Assembly: GCA_963801355.1 (NCBI GenBank)
Contig: CAWDEM010000004.1
Coordinates: 736,001 to 800,000, forward strand
DNA: 64,000 nucleotides
DNA from: Ignavibacteriota bacterium
GTDB taxonomy: Bacteria > Bacteroidota > Ignavibacteria > UBA10030 > UBA6906
Reading direction: 5' to 3'
In this document: positions 37,503-45,305 of the stretch, piece by piece
Layout: every line of letters begins with the position of its first letter
Position numbering within the stretch: position 1 is the first letter of the stretch
The notes under the pieces: generated by a model
Seen by the model: the letters and a program-made list of their open reading frames with translations, nothing else
Told to the model about the DNA's origin: nothing
The model's database searches: none
Program-made: the position numbers and the translations under genes

Positions 37503-38030
37503 ATGAACTCGCATTATCCGAAGATCCTTCTCGTGATCACTCTTATCGGTTTGACGGTCCTGGCATCATGTTCTCGGGATGAGCCGACGCTTGTCGCGCC
37601 TGTTGTAGTTGTGCCGGGAGCGATAGTCATGAACGATACCTACTCCAGAGGAACTCCCGGCAATCTCGATTGGGTCGAACTCTACAATGTGGGCGGCACG
37701 GCGGTTGATCTTACCGGCTACAAGATCTACGACAGCGGCGGTCAGACGGGCGTAAAATCGAAGAAACCCATTCCGGCAGGTACTGTCGTCCCCGCTCATG
37801 GGTTCTATGTGGTGACCACGGATACGGTCTCGCCAGGGATCGCCGACGATGGCTTCGGGCTGTCAAGTGGCGGAGACGAAGTGTGGCTTGAAAACGCTGC
37901 CGGCGGCGTCATTGACCACGTGCAAATTCCGGCGATGGAGACTACACAGACGTACGGGAGATACCCCGATGGTGGTTCAACGTGGCAACTCCTAAACACC
38001 ATAACGAAGGGCACGTCGAACAAGCAGTAG
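37503..38030 (+). CDS. Lamin-tail-domain (LTD) lipoprotein
   Basis: Lipobox LASC; IVMND...DWVELYN....VDLTGYKIYD...FGLSSGGDEVWL...YGRYPDG...TKGTSN. Confidence 0.9.
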   Translation: MNSHYPKILLVITLIGLTVLASCSRDEPTLVAPVVVVPGAIVMNDTYSRGTPGNLDWVELYNVGGTAVDLTGYKIYDSGGQTGVKSKKPIPAGTVVPAHGFYVVTTDTVSPGIADDGFGLSSGGDEVWLENAAGGVIDHVQIPAMETTQTYGRYPDGGSTWQLLNTITKGTSNKQ

Positions 38031-38102
38031 GAGGGACCGATTTTGGCAATAGAACATGTACATGGGTATCACTTACTATCCTACTCCCCAGGAGGGACAA
38101 CG

Positions 38103-39275
38103 ATGAAAAAACTGTATAGGATTCTTGCGGCGATGTTCGTCGCGTGTACCATCGCGTCGGTGAGCTTCGCGCAGGTACTCCTGAACGAAGCGTATTCGCG
38201 TGGTGTCGTGGGCAATCTGGATTGGGTGGAGGTCTACAACAATTCGGCCAGTGTGATCGATATCAGTGGATACAAGGTCTACGATGACGGTGGCCAGAGC
38301 GGTTCAAAGGACAAGAAACCATTCCCAGCAGGGACCCTCGTTCCTGCGTACGGGTTCGCCGTGATTGTGACCGATACTGCCACGGTCGGACTCAATGACA
38401 AATTCGGCCTGTCAAGCACCGGCGACAAGGTGTGGTTGGAGAACACCTCGGGTGTTCTGCTCGACAGCGTCATTGTTCCTGCGCTGGGCAACGACACTTC
38501 CGTGGCGCGGCAGACGGATGGATCGGCCAGTTGGGTGAAGCTGTCGCCGGTAACCAGGGGGACGACAAACAGCCAGGTCGTGATGAATGAAGTCTATTCC
38601 CGCGGCGTGGTTGGCGCTCTTGATTGGATTGAAATCTACAATGCCAGCGACGGCTCGATCGACATTTCCGGCTACAAGATCTACGACGACGGTGGTCAGT
38701 CGGGTTCAAAGGACAAAAAACCCTTCCCGGCAGGAACTGTCGTCCCTGCTCACGGATTCACTGTGATTGTAACCGATACTGCCACGGTCGGACTCAATGA
38801 CAAATTCGGCCTGTCAAGCACCGGCGACAAAATATGGCTTGAGAACGCAGGTGGCATCATCATTGATAGCGTCGCAATCCCTGCGCTTGGCATTGATACA
38901 TCGTATGCACGAAAACCCGATGGATCGGCGACCTGGGTAAAGATGAGCCCGACGACAAAAAGTCTCACGAACGGCACAGGTACCGCAGTGCGCGAGGAGG
39001 GCTCCGTCGCTACACGGTTCACCCTCGAGCAGAACTATCCCAATCCCTTCAATCCGAGCACAACAATACGATTCTCAGTTGTGGATCCACAATTTACCAC
39101 TCTGAGAGTGTATGACGTGCTCGGGCGTGAGGTAGCGGTCCTGGTGAACGAAGTTGAGCAACCGGGACAGTACACTGTGCAGTTCAACGCGGCAAATCTG
39201 AGCAGCGGCATCTATTTCTACACGCTCCGCGCTGGCAGCTTCGTGGAAACGAAGAAGCTCACCGTCATGAAGTAA
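38103..39275 (+). CDS. Secreted protein with two tandem lamin-tail domains and T9SS C-terminal domain
   Basis: ATG 38103 after AGGAGG; signal peptide ending SFA; two 134-aa LTD repeats; QNYPNPFNPSTTI...SGIYFYTL. Confidence 0.92.
   Translation: MKKLYRILAAMFVACTIASVSFAQVLLNEAYSRGVVGNLDWVEVYNNSASVIDISGYKVYDDGGQSGSKDKKPFPAGTLVPAYGFAVIVTDTATVGLNDKFGLSSTGDKVWLENTSGVLLDSVIVPALGNDTSVARQTDGSASWVKLSPVTRGTTNSQVVMNEVYSRGVVGALDWIEIYNASDGSIDISGYKIYDDGGQSGSKDKKPFPAGTVVPAHGFTVIVTDTATVGLNDKFGLSSTGDKIWLENAGGIIIDSVAIPALGIDTSYARKPDGSATWVKMSPTTKSLTNGTGTAVREEGSVATRFTLEQNYPNPFNPSTTIRFSVVDPQFTTLRVYDVLGREVAVLVNEVEQPGQYTVQFNAANLSSGIYFYTLRAGSFVETKKLTVMK
38370..38830 (+). repeat. 59-bp exact direct repeat (38370-38428 and 38772-38830) within the tandem LTD duplication
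   Basis: accgatactgccacggtcggactcaatgacaaattcggcctgtcaagcaccggcgacaa occurs twice, 402 bp apart. Confidence 0.9.
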
Positions 39276-39307
39276 TGCGGGCACCTCATCGTGTGCTGCC
39301 GGATTGC

Positions 39308-39339
39308 CACAGGAGCCCATCGGACGATGGGCTCCTGTG
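39308..39339 (+). terminator. Strong intergenic hairpin (terminator or mRNA-stabilising stem)
   Basis: CACAGGAGCCCATCG-GA-CGATGGGCTCCTGTG, perfect 15-bp arms 33 nt after the LTD-T9SS stop; only a short T run follows. Confidence 0.65.
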
Positions 39340-39403
39340 TTCCAAAGCTGAGGGATGCACCATGAGTCCTGGCATTGTCGCTGCACCGGGTCGCTCTTCC
39401 ATC

Positions 39404-40165
39404 ATGACCGCACTTCCCAGGATCTGTGTCATGTGTATGGCGGCGTGGGTGATCTGTCTTGTATCGTGCAGTCGTAGTGAGCAGGCCGAGAGCAACCCGG
39501 TCGCGCCCGCGGTGCAGCGGCTCCAACTCATCACATCCTATTCCATGAGCATCTCGGAACCGTCAGGGCTTGTCTACTCCCCCAGGACGCAGAAGCTCTA
39601 CATGGTGTCAGATTCCCGGGCGGCGATCTTCGTCATTGACACCACCGGCCTCATCGTGAGCACGCTCCCGGTGGACGGGCAGGATCTCGAAGGCGTTACG
39701 CTCTCGGCGAACGCGGACACCTTCTATGTGGCGGAGGAGACCCTGTCACAGATCACCTCATATCTCCCCAACGGGGTTAAGATCGCCTCCTTCCCGATCA
39801 GTGTCCGGACGGATACAAAACACGGTCCTGAAGGTGTGACCATGGACGCTGCCGGTCATCTTGTCGTTATCAACGAAAAGTTCCCGATGATGATGCTGGA
39901 GTATACGGGAACCACAGAGGTGAAACGCACGACGCTGCCATACACCACGGACATTTCCGACATCTGTTACGATGCCGCAACGGATGCCTTCTGGATTGTC
40001 AGCGATGAATCACAGATGGTGATAAAGATCTCGCGCACCGGAGCGTTGCTCGGGCAATGGAGTACGCCGGTGAATCAGGGGGAGGGGATCGCGTTCATCG
40101 GCAGCCGGATGTACATAGTGTCTGATACTGATGCGAAGCTCTACGTGTTCGTGAAGCCGTCCTGA
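39404..40165 (+). CDS. SdiA-regulated (YjiK-like) beta-propeller lipoprotein
   Basis: Lipobox LVSC; EPSGL...VSD, DLEGVT...VAEE, GPEGVT...INEK, DISDI...VSDES, QGEGIAF...IVSD repeats. Confidence 0.85.
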   Translation: MTALPRICVMCMAAWVICLVSCSRSEQAESNPVAPAVQRLQLITSYSMSISEPSGLVYSPRTQKLYMVSDSRAAIFVIDTTGLIVSTLPVDGQDLEGVTLSANADTFYVAEETLSQITSYLPNGVKIASFPISVRTDTKHGPEGVTMDAAGHLVVINEKFPMMMLEYTGTTEVKRTTLPYTTDISDICYDAATDAFWIVSDESQMVIKISRTGALLGQWSTPVNQGEGIAFIGSRMYIVSDTDAKLYVFVKPS

Positions 40166-40336
40166 TTACCAAGTCCCCATTCACTCCCGGCCCCGCACAT
40201 CCATGCTCATCACTATTTCCTCTTCCCTCATCGAAAAACACACACTCCGGCTGTAGTAATCTGGTGAGAATCAATGGACGCGAAGCGAGACACCATTGAC
40301 GAACTCACACTCACGTACCCCCCCCAAGGAGCAGCC

Positions 40337-40534
40337 ATGAAAAGAATACTGATTGCGCTTGTCATCGTGCTCTTGCTCTGCGCGACGATCACTGCTGATT
40401 CCTTTGCAAAGCCGGCATCGTGTGTGAATGCACTCCGGCAATGCGCCAATTGGTGCAGTAATTACTACGGTGATTGGTTTCCTCTGGTCGACGCCTGCGA
40501 GACCGGCTGCGCCATCGCGTATCTTTTCTGTTGA
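40337..40534 (+). CDS. Small secreted cysteine-rich peptide (65 aa; about 41 aa mature)
   Basis: AAGGAG 5 nt before ATG; MKRILIALVIVLLLCATITADSFA signal peptide; core KPASCVNALRQCANWCSNYYGDWFPLVDACETGCAIAYLFC. Confidence 0.85.
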   Translation: MKRILIALVIVLLLCATITADSFAKPASCVNALRQCANWCSNYYGDWFPLVDACETGCAIAYLFC

Positions 40535-40548
40535 TCCGGGAGAACGCC

Positions 40549-41547
40549 ATGAACGGTCTTCGCTGGATGCACATGTTGCCGGAGTACCTTTCTGTTCTCG
40601 GCGTGCTCATGATATCTCCCAGCCCGCAGCCGGCCGCCACTCGAGCGCAGACCGTTCTGAACCTCGCCCCGCATGCAACAATCGGCCTCACCGAAGAGAA
40701 TCTCATCCTGGGGGCTTTCGGCCTTGCAGCCCTCCGCGGCGAACACCTGGTCGTCGCGGACAAACTGGAATGCAGCATCAAGGTTTTCAACGCACACTGG
40801 CAGCTGGCGTATTCCACAGGCCGCAGGGGTGAAGGCAACGGAGAGTTCCGGGGGCCAGGTCCTGTCGCGACAACCGACACCCTGATAGCCGTTGCTGACT
40901 TCCAATCCACACGAGTGCAGGTCTTCACGCACCAACTCAGACACCTTTGTACGTTTCACACTGACAGACCCGTTTTCGCGCTTGCCTTCGACGGCACCGG
41001 GCAACTCTGGATCGGGCAATTGCCCAACGCCCGGGGTGAGACGCTCTTCCGTGTTGATATCCGCGGCAACATTTTGGCGCGCATAGCTCTCCGGCACGCT
41101 TCCGGGGACATATTCGACAGTGTCTTCACGCTGGCGATCACAGACAACGGAGAGCTGGTTGTAGCATACATGACCCGCAATATCGTGGAGGTCCGGGATT
41201 CCGCCGGGCGCTTCGTCCGGGACTTCTCTGTTCCTGGAATGCGCGCCGAAGCTGGACGCAGAAAGCTCTCCACCGGCTTGTTCTCGGCCAGTGTGTCAAT
41301 CCCCGAAGAGAATATGTTCCTGGGTGTCACCGCCGGCGGGGACGGCATGATCTACCTGCTCGCTGATGCCTACACCGAGAACCCCCGTCAGGATATCTAC
41401 GTCGTCAACCCGCACGGGAGAGTCATGTCCCGATTGAAGCTTCAGGAAGCATCCTCCGGCATCTGTTGTGACGGCCATGAACGGCTGTTCAGTATCGAAC
41501 GTGCCCGCATGCTCATCCATGTCTACCAGTTGCGGAGACCATCATGA
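40549..41547 (+). CDS. 6-bladed beta-propeller (NHL/TolB-like) protein
   Basis: LVVAD...IKVFN, GRRGEGNGEF, IAVAD...VQVF, DGTGQLWI, TDNGELVV, GGDGMIYL; GGGAG upstream, 14 nt after peptide stop. Confidence 0.85.
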   Translation: MNGLRWMHMLPEYLSVLGVLMISPSPQPAATRAQTVLNLAPHATIGLTEENLILGAFGLAALRGEHLVVADKLECSIKVFNAHWQLAYSTGRRGEGNGEFRGPGPVATTDTLIAVADFQSTRVQVFTHQLRHLCTFHTDRPVFALAFDGTGQLWIGQLPNARGETLFRVDIRGNILARIALRHASGDIFDSVFTLAITDNGELVVAYMTRNIVEVRDSAGRFVRDFSVPGMRAEAGRRKLSTGLFSASVSIPEENMFLGVTAGGDGMIYLLADAYTENPRQDIYVVNPHGRVMSRLKLQEASSGICCDGHERLFSIERARMLIHVYQLRRPS

Positions 41548-42573
41548 TCATTCGGGCGCTGTCATTCTTCCTCGGCGCTGTTTTCCTCGTTGCCGGCGTT
41601 GGGAAAGCTTCTCATGATCGGAACGTTCGCGGCAACCGTGGCAGCCCTGGTACCCGCCACACACGCAGTTGCCCCCGGCGTGGCGATGGTCATTGTAGCA
41701 ATTGAGATCGCCGGAGCACTCGCGCTACTCGCGGATTACAGGACGAGGATGATCTCTCTGCTCTTTTGTGTCGTGGTGGGTGCCTTCATCTGGGTGCTCT
41801 CCGCAGCAATTCTATCCGGGGAAGAGATGAGCTGCAACTGCTTCGGTATCATAGGGATAGCCCTGAGTAATACGCAGGAATTGTTCCTTGACCTTGTGTT
41901 GTTCAATGCCTTTGCCGTCCTGGCCGCCTGCACTCCCCGCCGCGACGCAGTGCCGTCTGGAGGAGATGCGAGTACCGGAGTGAGTGCACGACTCGTTGCC
42001 GGAGGGATGCTTGTACTGCTGGAAGTATTGCTGGTTCTGTTGGTTCTGCGCGGGGGAACAGACAGAAGCGGATTGACATTCGATGCGGTGATTGGCTTTG
42101 CCGAACGCGCAGACGCTCGATTTGCCGCACGCGACAACGGAAACCGCGGCCTGCTGCTCATGAACTATACCGACCTGAACTGCCCTCTGTGCCTGGATGA
42201 TTTCACTGTCTTGCTGGATTCCCTCGAATCAAGATTCGGTGAAAACTCAGACCGGGTGCTTCTGGTCTTCAAAGAAGATCAATTCATCAGGTCCGATTCC
42301 TCGCGACATATGCGGCGGTGGATTGCCGCCAACGGAATCGCGTTTCCCGTGTTCGTCGCGCCTGATTCCGTGTTCGACAGGACCCGGTTTGAAAAGAGCA
42401 CGGCTCTCGTCATCGACCGGCGAAATCATGTACTGCTCGCGGAACGGTTCCCCATGGGCATCACAAAGCGGACAGTTGCTCTTCACCTCCTCGATTCTTC
42501 TGGCTCGATAATTTCGAATTCAGGGACATTGCCTGTATCCAGGATGCGAACAGAGACACTCTTGCCTTTCTGA
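41544..42573 (+). CDS. MauE/DoxX-family membrane protein fused to a thioredoxin-like domain; +1 frameshift near 41601-41607 as assembled
   Basis: ATG 41544 (ATGA overlap) gives MIIRALSFFLGAVFLVAGVGK; continues in +1 frame as LLMIGTF...IEIAGAL...SCNCFG (MauE CxCFG)...NCPLC (CxxC)...IAFPV...ALVIDR. Confidence 0.8.
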
Positions 42574-44522
42574 GGAATTACGACGGTGTAGGTTGTGGAA
42601 TCGCGCTGGATTGTCACATTGCCGGCGGCAGTGCCGGTAGTCGGAAGAAGCGCTGTAACGAGACAGACCTCTTTCCCGGGTTGAACCGTGCTTACGTCGG
42701 CGTACGGGTGCCGGCGGGAAACTTCAAGCGGGATATCCGGAAATGCCGATGTGAATCCCGTGCCTGCTGAGGAGGCGGCAAACCCGAACAAGCTCGCCGA
42801 AGGTCTCCGTACGACAAATCCCTTTTCGTTCGCCTCAATTGCTCCCTTCGCGTCGGAGTTGTGCGTGTAGAAGCGGGCCTGCACCGTCGACGGCGTGGAG
42901 TGCTTGATTACCTTATCCACGATGATTACGGCGGGGATTCGGGTGAGTGTGATGACCGTGCGTGTTATTGCTGCGACATCCGGTTGGACCAGCTTGTAGG
43001 CCGGTGTTGCGTCGCTTGTCCAGTAGAGACATCCGTCCCGTTCACCGCAGCGGATGATCGACGCCGATGCAAGAGACGCGTTCGTACCGTCATGTCCATC
43101 AACGTACTGGTGTCCCTGTCCGTCGATAAGGACGGCGCTGTGCCCGGCTGTGAGCCGCATCTTCCACGACGGGTCACGGAATCCATAGGGCGGACGCATG
43201 GGATCGACGATCAGGCGTTCACCGTAGCATTTGAGCATCATACCGTTCCGGTCTGCGTGCTCATGATTGAACGGCTGGCCGCTCCGCATTGCGACAACAA
43301 GGTCGTCGGTTGCATATCCGGTGCGCCCGACAACCCAGTCCAGGTCCGAGTGCCAGAGATGAGTCGATTCCCGGGGCGGGGTTGCGCGAAGGGTAGTATC
43401 ATAATAGAGCACGGACCAGATATCGCGTGACACTGCCATATTCTCGCCGAACCAACGGGCAAGGCCGCTGCGCGTCTGCCGGGAAATCCAGAATGGAACA
43501 GAGGCATGAGATCCGGTGCTCGCATCACCAAAGTTGACGGTGGTTGTGGGGTCTTCGCGGGAAGGGAAGGTCATCTCGAGCATATAGGTCTGGTAACCGT
43601 CCCAGTTCAGGAGGTCGGTCAGATCCGCAACGCCTCCCCGTTTGAGCGCATCGATGGCCTGGATGAGGTGCAGGGTGGTGTAGTGAGCGTACGAAACGCC
43701 TTCATTGTACGACCCGTCCTTCGCATAGATGTCGCCGAATGTGCCTACGCTGTAGGATGCCTGTTCCAGCCAGCGCCGCGTATCGGCATTCTCCCCGAAG
43801 TGATTCCGGTAGACCAGAGCGGCAAGGGCAAGGGCAGAAGCGGGAATGGCTTTGAGGTTGATCGTATTCAGTATGATCGGCCAGCGCGCCAGGCTGATGC
43901 CCCGATCGAGCGGGCGATGAACGAAAAAGGTGCTGGTTGTGTCCATGGTCCATCCCTTCACGCGGTCCGGATAGCGCATCCCGTACGTTGCCCGGAAACA
44001 CGGCTCTATCCCCCGGGCGGCCGTGGTCTGGAGCCACCGGTCGGTCTGCGACCCGGGGAGACGATCGCCCAGCGCTTCCACGACCAACGCGACGGCAAGG
44101 GCTGAATTGGGAGCCCGTTGGAGACCGATCACATCCTTCCCGCCCTCAAGAAAGTAGTCCCATTTCGGAAACTTCATGAGGGTCTCTATGCACTCTTCGG
44201 CAAGCAGGGCGGCATCCCGGTCGCCGGTGTAGAGATAGACAAGTGCCATCTGCTGGGCAAGAGTCCCCACGCGCTCGATGTCGAAGAGGTGGTCGTTGTA
44301 ATGCACACCGGTCCGAAGAAATGTTCGTTCCCGGGCCCGGTCGACAGTGTCCATCCGATGTCTGAGAGCTTCAAAGACCGGATGTGTGGAGTACAGCTGC
44401 CTGGACCGCGCAACATCGGAGCGGTCAAAGAACACGCCGTGATTGTTATCTGCGGCAAAGAAAGTGCACGAGAAGAGCGCGGTGAAACAGGCAATCAAAA
44501 GGTATCGCATGTGAGGCTTCAT
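42483..44522 (-). CDS. Secreted heparinase II/III-family polysaccharide lyase-like protein
   Basis: Start placed at ATG 44522 (MKPHMRYLLIACFTALFSCTFFA signal); DGSYNEGVSYAHY, VNFGD, HEHADRNG, TAGHSAVLIDGQGH. Confidence 0.85.
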   Translation of the reverse strand: MKPHMRYLLIACFTALFSCTFFAADNNHGVFFDRSDVARSRQLYSTHPVFEALRHRMDTVDRARERTFLRTGVHYNDHLFDIERVGTLAQQMALVYLYTGDRDAALLAEECIETLMKFPKWDYFLEGGKDVIGLQRAPNSALAVALVVEALGDRLPGSQTDRWLQTTAARGIEPCFRATYGMRYPDRVKGWTMDTTSTFFVHRPLDRGISLARWPIILNTINLKAIPASALALAALVYRNHFGENADTRRWLEQASYSVGTFGDIYAKDGSYNEGVSYAHYTTLHLIQAIDALKRGGVADLTDLLNWDGYQTYMLEMTFPSREDPTTTVNFGDASTGSHASVPFWISRQTRSGLARWFGENMAVSRDIWSVLYYDTTLRATPPRESTHLWHSDLDWVVGRTGYATDDLVVAMRSGQPFNHEHADRNGMMLKCYGERLIVDPMRPPYGFRDPSWKMRLTAGHSAVLIDGQGHQYVDGHDGTNASLASASIIRCGERDGCLYWTSDATPAYKLVQPDVAAITRTVITLTRIPAVIIVDKVIKHSTPSTVQARFYTHNSDAKGAIEANEKGFVVRRPSASLFGFAASSAGTGFTSAFPDIPLEVSRRHPYADVSTVQPGKEVCLVTALLPTTGTAAGNVTIQRDSTTYTVVIPQKGKSVSVRILDTGNVPEFEIIEPEESRR

Positions 44523-44676
44523 GGCGTTTCCATGGTGAGATGGTGGGGGGTGACTCGTATATAAGAACCTATGGAATCGTCGCGCAAGAATCAATAATCC
44601 CCGTCCACGGTGCGCAGTTTCTTGAATCTTTCCGTCGGAATCTCCCCTTTCGAATTTTCCCTGCAGGAAGTGCTCC

Positions 44677-44705
44677 TTGACATTCCATCTCCACTGGCGT
44701 ATCAT
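44677..44705 (+). promoter_or_regulatory. Putative sigma70-type promoter (TTGACA-17-TATCAT)
   Basis: Near-consensus hexamers with 17-nt spacer, ~50 nt upstream of ATG 44757. Confidence 0.7.
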
Positions 44706-44756
44706 TTATACGATTGCCAGGCCCTGTTTTCACCCTCCCCGGAATCGAGCACGAGC

Positions 44757-45305
44757 ATGAAGCTGCACCTTGGTTGCGACAAACGCTACATACCCGGTTT
44801 CACGCACATTGACCTTGCCGACTATCCCCATATTGACCATCGGCATGACATCCGGACTCTTCCGATGATCGCCGACAACGCCGCGGAACTCATCTATGTC
44901 TGTCACGCGCTGGAGTATTTTGACCGCGTGGAAGTTCTTGATGTGCTCCGTGAGTGGCGCCGGGTGCTACGGGAGGGCGGTGTCTTACGGGTCGCCGTGC
45001 CCGATTTCGAAGCATTGATCCAGGTGTATCAGAAGCACGGCGACCTGTCGCTGATCCACGGACCACTGTTCGGCAGGTGGCAAATACACGCGGCATCGGG
45101 TGTGCAGTGCATCTATCATCGCACGACGTACGATTTCAAGGCACTCCGGGGCGTTCTGGAATCGGCCGGCTTCACAAACGTGCACCGCTATGATTGGCGC
45201 ACAACACTCCACCGGGACTTTGATGACTATTCCCAGGCTTATATTCCTCATATGGATAAAGAGCATGGCATGCTGATCAGTCTCAACGTGGAGGCGGTGA
45301 AGTGA
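44757..45305 (+). CDS. Class I SAM-dependent methyltransferase (Methyltransf_11-like, surface-polysaccharide-locus type)
   Basis: MKLHLGC, HIDL, HALEYF, EWRRVLREGGVLRVAVPDF, SLNVEA.K. Confidence 0.85.
   Translation: MKLHLGCDKRYIPGFTHIDLADYPHIDHRHDIRTLPMIADNAAELIYVCHALEYFDRVEVLDVLREWRRVLREGGVLRVAVPDFEALIQVYQKHGDLSLIHGPLFGRWQIHAASGVQCIYHRTTYDFKALRGVLESAGFTNVHRYDWRTTLHRDFDDYSQAYIPHMDKEHGMLISLNVEAVK

Noticed and set aside
38370-38830. Direct repeats as a CRISPR array or mobile-element ends
   Set aside because: Only two copies, in frame within duplicated protein domains, with no spacers, cas or transposase genes.
40337-40534. Peptide as a sactipeptide/ranthipeptide/lanthipeptide precursor
   Set aside because: No SPASM radical SAM, LanB/C/M or peptidase-ABC exporter nearby; a cleavable Sec signal and an even Cys number with a thiol-redox neighbour favour disulfides.
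41601-41607. GGGAAAG as a programmed -1 slippery site
   Set aside because: The shift needed is +1 and the heptamer is not phased as X-XXY-YYZ in the upstream frame.
40337-42573. Cassette as a true TTQ amine dehydrogenase (two Trp in the peptide, propeller, MauE/MauD-like)
   Set aside because: The mature peptide is ~41 aa with a Sec-type leader, whereas MauA is ~130 aa and Tat-exported; no MauA sequence motifs and no MauG-like di-heme enzyme in the window. Kept only as an analogy.
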